Both the position numbers and the translations under genes were made by a program. 38,730 bases of DNA from a virus (taxonomy: Duplodnaviria; Heunggongvirae; Uroviricota; Caudoviricetes): the IMG/VR virus record IMGVR_UViG_2778261630_000007; one strand, 5' to 3'. This document shows, piece by piece, positions 1 through 10,069 of the stretch. The first letter of the stretch is position 1; each line of letters starts with the position of its first letter. The notes under the pieces were generated by a model. The model saw only the letters and a list, made by a program, of their open reading frames with translations, was not told the DNA's origin and searched no databases.

Positions 1-609
1 ATCCTTCGTGATATCGGACGTCGGCTGGTCATATTCATCCGCGACAGCCGGACCATGATAACCGCACTCATCACCGCGATAGGTCCAGGTGCAGGTGTTG
101 GCCAGCATGATGCGCCCCGGAAAAACAGCACCATCCGTTTCCGTCGGTGTGGAGAGCACAAAGGAGGCACTGACCGCACTCAGTTCGCTGCACTGCTCGA
201 TGCGCCAGCGGCTGATCACCTCCTGCTCCGGATCGGCGTCGCTGTTTCCGTTGACGAAGTTCACCGCATCCAGAAAACGGGCGTAAACCTTACGCCTGAC
301 CACCGTTCCGCCGACCAGACTCTGCAGGTCTTCCGCCATCCCGGTGACCATGCCGTGCAGGTTAGAGACCGTCAGTGTCGGACGGGTAGCACTACCCTTA
401 CCGTTCAGTTCAAATCCCGTCCCCTGAATAGGGTATACCTGATACTGCCGCCCCTGCCAGGTGACCGGCTCACCTTTTTCGTTCTGCTCATTACAGAAAA
501 AATAACGTTCACCACCGACCTCTGTCAGATCGATTTCCCAGAGCACCACCTGGGCTGACTGAGTAAGGCGTGTCGTCTCATGATGTGTTTCCTGTCGTAT
601 GTCCTGCAT
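1..609 (-). CDS. minor tail protein L (lambda gpL-like); 3' end runs off the window
   Basis: Minus-strand frame open from ATG at 609 to position 1; translation [57 protein letters not shown]... closely matches lambda gpL as recalled. ATG overlaps the stop of the upstream M gene (ATGA). Not in the ORF track because no stop lies inside the window. Confidence 0.88.
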   Translation of the reverse strand, partial: MQDIRQETHHETTRLTQSAQVVLWEIDLTEVGGERYFFCNEQNEKGEPVTWQGRQYQVYPIQGTGFELNGKGSATRPTLTVSNLHGMVTGMAEDLQSLVGGTVVRRKVYARFLDAVNFVNGNSDADPEQEVISRWRIEQCSELSAVSASFVLSTPTETDGAVFPGRIMLANTCTWTYRGDECGYHGPAVADEYDQPTSDITKD

Positions 610-947
610 CAGATCACCACTTCGTCAAACTGACACGAAAAATCGGTATAGGTGATATGTTCTGTCGCTGACCACGTTCGACACACCACTCTGATTTTTC
701 TGTTAATACCCGGCGGGCGCCAAAAAAAAGATTTATAGCCTCCATGCCGAGCCAGAAACAGTTCAAATGAATTACGTTCATTCGCCTCAACCCTGAAATC
801 ACAGGTAAAAACACGCAGAGAATGATTAAGTCCGTTTGGGCTTCGTTGTTCATAACCATCGCCAAATCTTACAGTTTTTATCGATGGCTTATTTTCTGTT
901 TTCATTCCATCCTCTGGTAACCAGTAAAATTCTTCCGTATTAGCCAC
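609..947 (-). CDS. minor tail protein M (lambda gpM-like)
   Basis: ORF-track ORF; ...[16 protein letters not shown]...[16 protein letters not shown]...[10 protein letters not shown] resembles lambda gpM; sits between tape measure and L as in lambda. Start is GTG at 947; an alternative ATG at 905 is possible. Confidence 0.85.
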   Translation of the reverse strand: MANTEEFYWLPEDGMKTENKPSIKTVRFGDGYEQRSPNGLNHSLRVFTCDFRVEANERNSFELFLARHGGYKSFFWRPPGINRKIRVVCRTWSATEHITYTDFSCQFDEVVI

Positions 948-3900
948 TTAACATTCCTCCATCACGTCGCATATTTAACAGAGCGCCCTGCACCCGCTGA
1001 TCAACCATCCCCATAAGTGCTTTTATTGCCTGAGGACCAATCTCTCCATTCTGGCCGTCATTTTGAATAGTGATTTGGTATACAGGGGCATAAGTAATAT
1101 CTCTGCCTCCATTACCACTTTTACTATTAATAGCTCTGACACCAAGAGAACCATCGGAAGTTCGCGTTAATGGCATAATAGCTTCCGGTCCAGCCTCACC
1201 AAAAACACCAGCTCCTTTTGCAAAAGCAAAAAATTGCGGGGAGTCATAAATACCGTTCGAATATGTACTCAATGACGGAGACTCATAAACACCGCCCTTT
1301 GCATTCGGAATAAATTTACTAATAGCACTCCCGATAGTTCCTAAAATACCCCCAGAAGAACTGTTACTAATGCTGTCGAAAATCCCAGTAATTGAAGCCT
1401 TTAATGCAATTCGACTAAGATCTGAAATCACGGAAGTAGCGAAAGAACGAAAATTTGCCTTGCCTGTCGTGACAAAATCACCTAGCGCATCGGTCATCCC
1501 ATCAAACATCTGAGTCGTGGTTGATTTTATTTGCGCACCGATATCCTTAGTGTCATCCAGCCAGTTATTGAATCCCTGGGAGGCACCACTAATCCAGTCT
1601 CCTGCCTGAATATCGAGCTGCTCGTTTTTCTGGCTGACAATTTCTTTTTCTCGCTCCAGAGCATCATTCAGAGCCTGCATTTTCTCCTGAAAAACATGAT
1701 TTGACATTCCACGGGATTTATCTGCATAGTCACGTTCAAGTTGCAGACGCTGATTGTTATATTCACGTTCAATCCGCAGTAATTCCTGCTGGCGTTGCTG
1801 ATTTTTATCGCCAACCCCATAACCAGCAATCTGAATATCATACCCCTGCTGACGATTATCAATCGAAGCCTGCAATGAATCACGCCATGCGGCTATTTCG
1901 GCGGATTCTTTGATTAGCCTGTTATTTTTTTCAATCGCAACATTTTTCTCCATCAACGCGGTTATTTCTTCCCGGTGTAAGAGAAGCGATTTCTGATCCT
2001 GGGTTAATTTCGATGACGGTCGTGACTCCAGGTCGGCAATCTGCTGACGCCACTTAACCAGTTCCTGTTCAGAGGAACTTAATTTAACGGTCAATTCAGC
2101 TTGTGAACTTAGTAACGCATTCTGTTGATTCAGATGATCAATCATTCGTTGGGCAGCATCATCCGAATAACCTTTCGCCTTTGGTTGCTTTGGATCTTTA
2201 TAACGCTCATTTATTTGAGCGATAAGATTATTATATTCTTCCTTTGAATACTGATTCTTTAGCTTTTCCAGTTTTGCAAGTTCACTAGCTCTCTGCTGCT
2301 CCCGGGTCTGATATTGTTTTGAAAAAGCATCTGCTCTCTGTCTGAGTTCAATTCCTTCCTGTTGTCGCTTGTTGTAATCGTTTATTGATGAATTTAGTAC
2401 GTCCTGAGCAATTTTTTCTGCTTGAAGTACGCCCAATTGCTGCTTTAATCGTGCCAGCTTTTTATTTTGAGCTCCGCCATCTCCAATGCCACCTAACCCG
2501 AAAACTCCGGGTCGGGTATTTTTTTCTATTTCATCAATTTGACGGAGAACATCTGAGATTTTTTGATCAAGGGAGGCCTCACGGCCAATATCCAGCATGG
2601 AATCCCATGCCCATTTTGCGGAGTCTGCGACAGCTTTCCATGCAGTCTCAAGATAACCAAGATTTTCTTTAATCTGGTTGGTGCGCTGGATCATTGAGGA
2701 TGAGTATGCTTCTGTCGCAATGCGGGCGGCCTCCTGCTGGTTCCCTTCATCCTGTAGCGCCTTAATCTGGTTATAAGTCGCAAGTGTCAGAAAATGGTAC
2801 TGATCATTAAGTTTTGATATAGCACTGACAGGATCCTTTGCAATTTCATTGAAGTCATTAACCAGTTGTTCGGTTGATATTCCTGTTACTTCGCTCGTTT
2901 TTACTATCGCTGTCGTCACTTGCTCCAGCGAACTGCTCGCTACCTTTCCCGAACGCACAAGCTGGTTTAATACTGCCGCCGCAGCGCCAGTTGTCGAATC
3001 AGCCGCATTCCCGGCACGTTGAGCTATATCGGCCAATTGCCCGCTGGTTGTCCCCAACTGATTTCCGGTAAGAATAAGAGATTTATTAAATTCGTCCTGC
3101 TCCTGAGAGCCTTTATAGTAAGCCAGCCCTAAGACGCCAACGGCTGCTGCGGCCAGGGTAAAAGGATTAATTAATCCCAGCACATAAGAACCTACACCTT
3201 TGATCGCCGGGCCAATCCCACCGAACATATCTTTTAGCTGGCCGCCCTGCTGCATTAACACCATAAATGGCGACTGACCAGTGGACAACCCAACAACAAT
3301 ATCCGTCATTTGTGCAGGCAACATGCGCATAGCAAAAGCCGTTTGTTTTGCCGACATTCCGGTTTTGCTTAATTGCGATTGAGTAACCTCAAGCTCACTC
3401 CGCATAGCACGAAGTTTTCCAGAAAGCTCCTCATACATTTCAGGAGAAAGCATCCCCTTAGCTTTTGCTTCATTGAGCTGTTTCTGTTGTTCTACCAGAC
3501 GATTAAAAGCAGTTCCGACAGGATCAAGTTGAGCAATCAGACGTTGCAAAGCAGCAACCTGTTCATCATGTGCTTTTGCTGCTTCTCGCTCTGCCTGAGC
3601 CTCTCCGGTAAGCTCTCGCCGTGTTTCCTGTATTTTTCGGCTATAATTCTCAAACTGAGAACCATTTATTTTCCCGGATGCAAACGCAGCATTAAGTTCA
3701 TCCTGCTGTTGTTCAAGATTTCTTAGCGCCGCAGCCAGAGGGTCGATCTTGTCCAGCATTCTTTGAAAGACCTGAGCCTGCGCTTCCTGCTGGGCGGCAG
3801 CAAGTTTTCCGGCCTTCTCGGCTTCTCTCTGCGCTTGCGCAACCCCGCTCAATTCCTCTGTGGTTTCATTAAGTTTACGGACAAGAAATTCATATTCTTC

Positions 3901-4173
3901 TTTATCAATAAGCCCTTTATCGAAAAATTTCTTTAATTCAGAATAGCGTCGACCGACAGTATCAATTGCGGCACCAACTGGATCAATAGCTGCTTTTAAT
4001 TTTGCGAGCGCGTTCTTCTCATCTTCTGTTGCCTTAGTCACTTTCCCTGCGCTATTTGCAGCAGTTTCCCCAGCCTGCGTCATTTTGACTAATGAGGAGG
4101 CCAGATTGTCAGCATTATTTTTCGCTCCAGTGCTATCAATAATTATTGCGAGACGCGAGGTTTGCTCTGCCAT
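940..4173 (-). CDS. tail tape measure protein (lambda gpH-like)
   Basis: 1077-aa ORF, long coiled-coil Ala/Gln/Glu-rich N-terminal half, Gly-rich hydrophobic central segment, position immediately after G/GT. AGGAG Shine-Dalgarno upstream of ATG at 4173. Confidence 0.9.
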   Translation of the reverse strand: MAEQTSRLAIIIDSTGAKNNADNLASSLVKMTQAGETAANSAGKVTKATEDEKNALAKLKAAIDPVGAAIDTVGRRYSELKKFFDKGLIDKEEYEFLVRKLNETTEELSGVAQAQREAEKAGKLAAAQQEAQAQVFQRMLDKIDPLAAALRNLEQQQDELNAAFASGKINGSQFENYSRKIQETRRELTGEAQAEREAAKAHDEQVAALQRLIAQLDPVGTAFNRLVEQQKQLNEAKAKGMLSPEMYEELSGKLRAMRSELEVTQSQLSKTGMSAKQTAFAMRMLPAQMTDIVVGLSTGQSPFMVLMQQGGQLKDMFGGIGPAIKGVGSYVLGLINPFTLAAAAVGVLGLAYYKGSQEQDEFNKSLILTGNQLGTTSGQLADIAQRAGNAADSTTGAAAAVLNQLVRSGKVASSSLEQVTTAIVKTSEVTGISTEQLVNDFNEIAKDPVSAISKLNDQYHFLTLATYNQIKALQDEGNQQEAARIATEAYSSSMIQRTNQIKENLGYLETAWKAVADSAKWAWDSMLDIGREASLDQKISDVLRQIDEIEKNTRPGVFGLGGIGDGGAQNKKLARLKQQLGVLQAEKIAQDVLNSSINDYNKRQQEGIELRQRADAFSKQYQTREQQRASELAKLEKLKNQYSKEEYNNLIAQINERYKDPKQPKAKGYSDDAAQRMIDHLNQQNALLSSQAELTVKLSSSEQELVKWRQQIADLESRPSSKLTQDQKSLLLHREEITALMEKNVAIEKNNRLIKESAEIAAWRDSLQASIDNRQQGYDIQIAGYGVGDKNQQRQQELLRIEREYNNQRLQLERDYADKSRGMSNHVFQEKMQALNDALEREKEIVSQKNEQLDIQAGDWISGASQGFNNWLDDTKDIGAQIKSTTTQMFDGMTDALGDFVTTGKANFRSFATSVISDLSRIALKASITGIFDSISNSSSGGILGTIGSAISKFIPNAKGGVYESPSLSTYSNGIYDSPQFFAFAKGAGVFGEAGPEAIMPLTRTSDGSLGVRAINSKSGNGGRDITYAPVYQITIQNDGQNGEIGPQAIKALMGMVDQRVQGALLNMRRDGGMLSG

Positions 4174-4196
4174 TCATTAAAACTCCTGACAACAAA

Positions 4197-4216
4197 AAAC
4201 CCACCGAAGTGGGTTT
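4197..4216 (-). terminator. putative intrinsic terminator/attenuator hairpin between GT and the tape measure gene
   Basis: Minus strand reads AAACCCAC-TTCG-GTGGGTTT followed by TTTGTTGTC; 8-bp stem with tetraloop and U-run. Confidence 0.45.
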
Positions 4217-4336
4217 CAGGCGACATAATAGTAGATATAGCGATTACGAGGCCACGCAATGCTTTTCTCCAGGAGCATCATCGATTTAATTAAAGACACC
4301 ATCACATCTCTGTAACAGAGTGTACGTAATTAACAA

Positions 4337-4657
4337 CTACACACACTGCTCCTGAAAATACTGGTCATCCAGTGCAAAGATCACTGCTTCAAATTCATCG
4401 CGCTCGATCAATACCGGATGAGTGGCTAAATATTCATTTATCTCTGTCAGAGATAAAGGCAAAGGCACCCCAGTCATTCCAGCATAACGTCGGGCACGGG
4501 ATATTACCGAATAGGCGTACAACAATTCCTTAAGCACCGGGTCTATTTCTGGTTCCGGTATCGGTGGCAACCTGAGTTTTTCTCGCTTCCATCTTGCCTT
4601 TTCACCCTTTTCTCCCCCGAACTCCGATAACCACCGCTGGGCGGCTATGGCTTTTTT
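4337..4657 (-). CDS. T segment of tail assembly chaperone GT, reached by programmed -1 frameshift from G
   Basis: The -1 frame stays open from the slippery heptamer A_AAA_AAG (4651..4657) through the 77-aa ORF 4337..4570; classic G/GT arrangement just upstream of the tape measure gene. Confidence 0.7.
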   Translation of the reverse strand, partial: KKAIAAQRWLSEFGGEKGEKARWKREKLRLPPIPEPEIDPVLKELLYAYSVISRARRYAGMTGVPLPLSLTEINEYLATHPVLIERDEFEAVIFALDDQYFQEQCV

Positions 4658-5094
4658 ATCGTATCCTGCTTCTGCTGCTCTTTACCCTGGGCGATGCTGG
4701 CTGCTTCTGCAAGGATCTGCCAGTACAACTCCGGATTCTGCTTAAGCAGCGCGATCCCTCGTTCTGGCGTATATTCCAGTGCAACCTCAACACCATCAAC
4801 CAGTTCACCAACCCCTTTCCAGCCTTTCAGCAGATAACGAGCAGCATTATCAATGAGTAAATCATCAACAGAATCCACCTCGGAAACCTTTGCAATATCA
4901 AACTCCTTCGTTCCGACGTGCAAACTGGCATCCATTTTCTCAATGTGGCGACGGATTAATGCATTACGGGAGCGATACTGATCGTTATCGCTGCTTGCCA
5001 CCAACAGTTTTAACCCGTCTACAGGTTTTAAGTCCTTCATTGGGGTAAACCAGCGTTCACCACCGATGATAATTTTCTGATTAAGAATAAACAT
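4645..5094 (-). CDS. tail assembly chaperone G
   Basis: ORF between major tail and tape measure genes; ends ...ATA AAA AAG CCA TAG with a slippery heptamer two codons before the stop; ATG at 5094 preceded by GAGG (alternative ATG at 5106). Confidence 0.8.
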   Translation of the reverse strand: MFILNQKIIIGGERWFTPMKDLKPVDGLKLLVASSDNDQYRSRNALIRRHIEKMDASLHVGTKEFDIAKVSEVDSVDDLLIDNAARYLLKGWKGVGELVDGVEVALEYTPERGIALLKQNPELYWQILAEAASIAQGKEQQKQDTIKKP

Positions 5095-5154
5095 CCATAA
5101 CCTCATTCAATGCGCCCCCCTGTAGTGCAGTACCACAGGGGGAATAACGGAAAA

Positions 5155-6117
5155 TCAACTAATCGCCTCAGCACTGGCTTTTGCGATCACGGCAGCCGGG
5201 GAGGCTTTTTTTCTGGTTATCGTAGGTGCTTCATCTGCTGCGGTAATGCTCAATTGAACCTGGATAATGTCGGTATTACCCCCATCAGGCCATTCACCTG
5301 ACATCTGAACCTTCGGGAAACTGAAAGTGTATGCCCCCTCTCCATTCGAAAGCGTGAAGCTGAACGGAACTGTTTCTCCAGTCAGTGTTTTACTCCAGAT
5401 TTCCCACGCGGCTTTAGACCATGAAAGCGTCACCGTACCGGACGGTGTAAAAGTAGTCGGAATATTTGCTCCTGCATAAGGCGAGCCAGTCCCGATACAA
5501 CGCTGTGTCTGGAGTTTGTTATCGAACTGAATATCAAAACTGTCGATACAAAAACCGTTACCTCCGGCAACACCATTCAGGCTTACTGCTGAAACCTCCT
5601 TAAACGAATAACGTAGCTTTCCTGCACTATCCACAGGTTCGCCTTTGATAAAATTCGTATCATCGGCCTTTGATTCCCAGTCCAGCCCGGCAAAGGTTAC
5701 GGTCGCCGTAATATCGCCGTCGTTAGGGATCTGCATTTTCCATGAGCCAACCTGCGCTCCTCTGACAACAGAGGCAATTCCGACATCGGACGCATAGGTC
5801 GCCAGAGAAAATGTTATTCGCTCATTCCCCATTGTCAGAGAATCACCTGACCATTCCGCGCCGAAACAGGATGCAAGAAAATCATCATGTTGACCCCAGC
5901 GAAATTTGGTACCAACATCACCGCCAACATCCACAGTGCCAGGCGTCGCCCCCTGAGCCATCCGGGAGCCACCAATCTCATTATTTTCGCCTTTATTCTG
6001 GGTGGGTTTTACTCCCCAGCTTGTGCGTTTTAATAAACTCCAGTCACCACTTGCTGGTGTGGTGCCTGCAACTGTCTCCCGGATAAATGCCGAGATAACC
6101 TTTGCACCTGAACTCAC
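5155..6117 (-). CDS. major tail tube protein
   Basis: 320-aa ORF between the tail-terminator-like gene and G; GTG start at 6117 preceded by AGGAGG; Gly/Thr/Ser-rich beta-type composition. Confidence 0.75.
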   Translation of the reverse strand: MSSGAKVISAFIRETVAGTTPASGDWSLLKRTSWGVKPTQNKGENNEIGGSRMAQGATPGTVDVGGDVGTKFRWGQHDDFLASCFGAEWSGDSLTMGNERITFSLATYASDVGIASVVRGAQVGSWKMQIPNDGDITATVTFAGLDWESKADDTNFIKGEPVDSAGKLRYSFKEVSAVSLNGVAGGNGFCIDSFDIQFDNKLQTQRCIGTGSPYAGANIPTTFTPSGTVTLSWSKAAWEIWSKTLTGETVPFSFTLSNGEGAYTFSFPKVQMSGEWPDGGNTDIIQVQLSITAADEAPTITRKKASPAAVIAKASAEAIS

Positions 6118-6143
6118 AGGAGCCTCCTATGTCATTAATTGCG

Positions 6144-6536
6144 CTAGAGCGCGCGATATGGAATTTGAAGATTAAGCTGGAACCAGCCATTCTTTTCGCC
6201 AACGGTTATTGAGGAAACAGCCTGGTAACTGAGACGGTCGTCATCCTGAAACTCAAACAGTTCCCGCAATTTATCGGCTGTCTCAGTAATGAGTTTTGAA
6301 CCAGAACCTGCGGGGACAAATAACTGAATAATGATTATCCCCGTGCGATAAACAACCGGCCCCGCACCAATTTCATTAACTCCAGCCTGCCCGGGAATAT
6401 TACTTAACCGCGCCCAGATTAACTTACCGGAAGGATCGAACGTTGGCCCGTTCGGATACAATACGTCTTTTCCATTAATAACCGTCTGTGCCGTCATTCT
6501 GGAAATGACCGTATTTCTGATTTCAGTAAACGTCAT
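6144..6536 (-). CDS. tail terminator protein (gpU-like, by position)
   Basis: 130-aa ORF directly upstream of the major tail gene; overlaps the neighbouring gene by 4 bp. Confidence 0.6.
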   Translation of the reverse strand: MTFTEIRNTVISRMTAQTVINGKDVLYPNGPTFDPSGKLIWARLSNIPGQAGVNEIGAGPVVYRTGIIIIQLFVPAGSGSKLITETADKLRELFEFQDDDRLSYQAVSSITVGEKNGWFQLNLQIPYRAL

Positions 6537-6913
6537 TTGTAAGCCTGTAAAACACCATGAAAAGCGTTGGCATACACGCCAGTTGGCGCTTGTTGTGAAT
6601 GACCGTTTTCAAGAGCCTCTGCATAAGGAAGGTTATTCTGGATATAAATAATTCCGTAATTTGCAGCTTTCGAAATAACCCCGATCCCACGCTGAACCGC
6701 AATCGTACCGTTCGGATCCACGTTATCAGATATACCAAAATCGGGATGCTGTAACGACACCATGTTGTTATTTCTGAAACGCCCGGTATCAACCGGAGCA
6801 GCAATATCGATAGCAGTAAGAATCTGAATAGCGATGTAGCGAATTTTCAGCCCCACATCTTCCTCAATCATCCCGGCAAATATTGACGGTTCGATATCCC
6901 ATGCCTTTGCCAT
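6533..6913 (-). CDS. tail completion protein (gpZ / HK97 gp10-like, by position)
   Basis: 126-aa ORF in the head-tail joining block; tightly packed with neighbours. Confidence 0.55.
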   Translation of the reverse strand: MAKAWDIEPSIFAGMIEEDVGLKIRYIAIQILTAIDIAAPVDTGRFRNNNMVSLQHPDFGISDNVDPNGTIAVQRGIGVISKAANYGIIYIQNNLPYAEALENGHSQQAPTGVYANAFHGVLQAYK

Positions 6914-7300
6914 TTACGCTCTCCTTAACTGGATTGAGTAAACTGATGCGGAAGGATCTACACTCGCTGTAATTACCTCGTATCGTTGCAACTGCCTTGA
7001 TACAGGATCATAAATCTCAATAATATGGCCGACAGCGGGTTTATCCGTAACCTCGCATACCAGAGCTGTTAATTTAAGGTCACCATGCAAAATATTAATC
7101 CCATCAATTCTGCCCAGCTTATAACGCGTCAACACGCCTCGCCCGGTATAGGTTGCTGTGGATTCGCCGCCAGTTTCCGTCACTGGATTCCAGTTCCGGT
7201 GCGCAACGTAAGAACCAGAAAAATCACTCACGGCGTCTGCTAAATCCTCATCAAAAGCAGCGGCAACCTCTGACTGAATCTCTTCACGAAGCCCCATCAT
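6914..7300 (-). CDS. head-tail adaptor / head closure protein
   Basis: 128-aa ORF in the head-tail joining block, overlapping neighbours by 1 to 4 bp. Confidence 0.55.
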   Translation of the reverse strand: MMGLREEIQSEVAAAFDEDLADAVSDFSGSYVAHRNWNPVTETGGESTATYTGRGVLTRYKLGRIDGINILHGDLKLTALVCEVTDKPAVGHIIEIYDPVSRQLQRYEVITASVDPSASVYSIQLRRA

Positions 7301-7692
7301 CCCCCCCTCACAACCCTGACTTGTGAGCGACTAAGTCCGTACGGTTTCAGCAGTGCTATCGCAAGCTGTAAATCGGGTTCAAGCAATGCAGTGCTGTTTG
7401 CTGGCAATTCAGCAAATGATTTCGATACACTGACCCCGTCAGCCGACACGGCTTTACTGATAACAACGCCAGAATCATTTTTCTGCTGAAACAACTTACC
7501 GACAGAGGCAATTCTGGCTGCATATGCTCCCGCAAGTTTTACCTCTTCCGGAATACGGGATGGGTTAATTTTCAGGCCGAAGCCATTAAGCCAGGCATTA
7601 GCCATTAAAACAGCTTTATTTTTAGCGTTCTCACTCGTCCAGGCGTTCCCAAACGCATTATCAACGTCATCACAGGTCACGTAAGTGATCAT
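7297..7692 (-). CDS. head-tail connector protein (gp6-like)
   Basis: 131-aa ORF downstream of the capsid gene; position and size typical of connector proteins. Confidence 0.55.
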   Translation of the reverse strand: MITYVTCDDVDNAFGNAWTSENAKNKAVLMANAWLNGFGLKINPSRIPEEVKLAGAYAARIASVGKLFQQKNDSGVVISKAVSADGVSVSKSFAELPANSTALLEPDLQLAIALLKPYGLSRSQVRVVRGG

Positions 7693-7695
7693 GTG

Positions 7696-7920
7696 TTACT
7701 CCTGAGTTTTCCAGCCCAGAGCCTTCCAGTTGTCAACTTCATCAGGATGAACATTAGCGATAGTTGGTGCGCCGGGAAACATCTGATAATCGGTCACCAT
7801 AACCACTAACTCAATTTGCGTTTTTTGTGGCTCCTGAATTTGCTCCACATTTTGCTCCACCACTGCATTTTTTTGCGCGGCTTCACGCTGTGCTCTTTGC
7901 TCTTTAGTTAATCCGGCCAT
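7696..7920 (-). CDS. small head-module protein, unknown function
   Basis: 74-aa ORF between the capsid gene and the connector gene; acidic and Gln-rich. Confidence 0.45.
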   Translation of the reverse strand: MAGLTKEQRAQREAAQKNAVVEQNVEQIQEPQKTQIELVVMVTDYQMFPGAPTIANVHPDEVDNWKALGWKTQE

Positions 7921-7931
7921 ATACCCTCCAT

Positions 7932-7952
7932 TAAAAATGGGGCCGAAGCCCC
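7932..7952 (-). terminator. putative intrinsic terminator after the major capsid gene
   Basis: Minus strand GGGGC-TTCG-GCCCC followed by ATTTTTAAT; lies 11 bp downstream of the capsid stop. Confidence 0.45.
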
Positions 7953-7962
7953 GTTTGGATGT

Positions 7963-9102
7963 TTAACCAAGAATCAGACAACCATGTGCCGGTTTCACTG
8001 ACGAAACACCCCATGCCAGTCCAACTTCATAGCGCACCTGGCGATACTGACGATACAGTGCAATCTGGAACGTAATCCCTGAAATCGGGTCCGTAACATT
8101 CATTACATCATCAGCATTATCGCCACCTTCCGGCATTGCCGGAGTACGGGATGCCAGCAGAAACGCGTTGCGATCAAACGCCATATTTGCAGTAAAGGAG
8201 CCAACAACTGTGATTGCAGTATCATCGGCCAGATCCTGACGCAGTCCCGGTGCTGCAAGAGTAATCAGATTGCTGGTCGCTGCTGCCACAACATACTGAT
8301 TAGGATCGCCAGCGAACGTAACAATCTGACCTGCAGAAATACTCCCCGAACCAGTATCAATGGAAATAAGAACATCGCCTTCTTTTTTCTCGCCATTCAC
8401 GAGATAACCAGTTGCAGCAACCTTTGGCGCTCGTTTTACACCTGCCGAACTGTGAATATTGAATCCCTCCAGACGCCCCAACACGCCCTCACGCAGTAGC
8501 TGTTCAGTGCCGGATTCATTCACTTTAAACAATACAGACTGTTTTCCGCGCAAATTAGCAATGGCAGTGGAACCAAGCACCATCTGCAGATCTGTTGTCG
8601 GTGCGCCGTTATCCTCCAGAACCTGACGAGCCAGAGCAGCATCAGAAAGATCATCTTTAACACCAAACGGCGTTGTCCCTGCGGTTCCCACGGCGCGGGA
8701 AGCACCGAAATACAACACACCAAGATCAGCCTCAACCTCGTTTGCAAGGGCGCGAAAAGCCTGCTTGAACTGATCAGCCAGAATGGTGTTGTAAGTCCCT
8801 GAAGGGCCAAGAGCCAGTTGTTCTTCACCATTCCATTTAACCGGCGCCATTTTGGATTTAGTAATTTTTACATCAACAGTGCCAATATTTTGATCACCGG
8901 TATTCGGAGCTGACGGCCCCGGTACGATATCTTCGGTTTTCGCCTCAGGCGCAACTGGCGCGGTTACCGTCTGATCTTTTGCTGCTGCGTCAGCTTTTGC
9001 GTTTTTTGCTACCGCAGGGATAAAACCTACCTGCTCACGGGATACAACATCCAGGGCGGTGTAAATAGTCGGGATCAACCCGGTCAGGGTATTTCCAGCC
9101 AT
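7963..9102 (-). CDS. major capsid protein
   Basis: ORF follows the scaffold gene; ATG at 9102 (MAGNTLTGLIP...) preceded by AAGGAA; the ORF-track start at 9195 is an upstream alternative-start extension. Confidence 0.8.
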   Translation of the reverse strand: MAGNTLTGLIPTIYTALDVVSREQVGFIPAVAKNAKADAAAKDQTVTAPVAPEAKTEDIVPGPSAPNTGDQNIGTVDVKITKSKMAPVKWNGEEQLALGPSGTYNTILADQFKQAFRALANEVEADLGVLYFGASRAVGTAGTTPFGVKDDLSDAALARQVLEDNGAPTTDLQMVLGSTAIANLRGKQSVLFKVNESGTEQLLREGVLGRLEGFNIHSSAGVKRAPKVAATGYLVNGEKKEGDVLISIDTGSGSISAGQIVTFAGDPNQYVVAAATSNLITLAAPGLRQDLADDTAITVVGSFTANMAFDRNAFLLASRTPAMPEGGDNADDVMNVTDPISGITFQIALYRQYRQVRYEVGLAWGVSSVKPAHGCLILG

Positions 9103-9200
9103 AATTAAATATTCCTTAAAAATTTGCGTAATTGTGAATGGATTGAGTAGTGAGCTATCCAGCCCTGACACCAACTCCCATCCGGAAGCTGGCAAATGTA

Positions 9201-9965
9201 TTAATCAACGATTGTGATACCGTCTTTCAGTGCGTTTTGCTTACCTGCAACATCCAGTGCATCAAAAGCAGAGCGTTTCATCGTTTTCTGACCAATATCA
9301 TGCTGTGTCGGACGGGAACCGCCGCCATTGTTGCCACTGGCTTTCAGGATGTAGTCTTTCTGAGGGTAATTTTCGACGAGGAACTCCAGCGCCTCATCAA
9401 ACTGCGCCAGTTCTCCTGGCTTCGCGCGGGAATAAATTTTGTTGCCGGAAGCGTCATAAGCAACGATCTTCCCTTCTTCCACTTTGAATGCCTGTCCGAA
9501 GCGGGCTTGTAATAAATCTGCCGGGATCGCAATTTTATCGGCAATATATTTTGAACCCGCAAAACTACCGCCAATCATAGAATCGTAAAGCTGCTTCTCC
9601 AGCATCTGAGAGCGTTGCTTTTCTTCATCTAATTGCTGCTGAAAATTTTTCGTAATTTCTGCCTTAACCTGGTCAACCTGTCCCGCATCGATCAGCTTTT
9701 TCTGGTCGATTTTTGACAGCATTTCCAGTGCCTCAATCGCCTTCTTCGGGTCTTCGATAGCGGCAAACTTAGCCAGTTTTTCCTCTGCAGCTTCTTTAGC
9801 CAGGCGATGATTTTTTGCCTCGCCATTAAGCTCTGTAATTTTTTTTGTCGCCAGCGGTGCATCGAAGCCGATTTCTTTACCATCGTCGTGCACATAGACT
9901 GGCAGGCCAGCAGTATCAATTTCTGCGTATTGTTTTCCGTTAATCTCGACCGTTTTCAGTTTCAT
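9201..9965 (-). CDS. capsid scaffolding protein
   Basis: Lys/Glu-rich coiled-coil-like protein between the head morphogenesis and capsid genes; likely ATG at 9965 (MKLKTVEINGK...). Confidence 0.65.
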   Translation of the reverse strand: MKLKTVEINGKQYAEIDTAGLPVYVHDDGKEIGFDAPLATKKITELNGEAKNHRLAKEAAEEKLAKFAAIEDPKKAIEALEMLSKIDQKKLIDAGQVDQVKAEITKNFQQQLDEEKQRSQMLEKQLYDSMIGGSFAGSKYIADKIAIPADLLQARFGQAFKVEEGKIVAYDASGNKIYSRAKPGELAQFDEALEFLVENYPQKDYILKASGNNGGGSRPTQHDIGQKTMKRSAFDALDVAGKQNALKDGITIVD

Positions 9966-10069
9966 ATTAGTACCTGGTTTAAGTCTTCTGACAGTTACGC
10001 TGCTCACCATCCGGATCGCAGCAATAAAAAAGGCCACCCGAAGGTAGCCTGTTGTAATAAATGATTTAT

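Noticed and set aside
55-558. 167-aa + strand ORF at the left edge
   Set aside because: It lies antisense to the strongly supported gene L on the minus strand; GC-rich antisense frames often stay open by chance.
1668-3726. Several 65 to 117 aa ORFs inside or antisense to the tape measure gene
   Set aside because: All are nested in the 1077-aa tape measure ORF, have low-complexity translations and no ribosome-binding sites.
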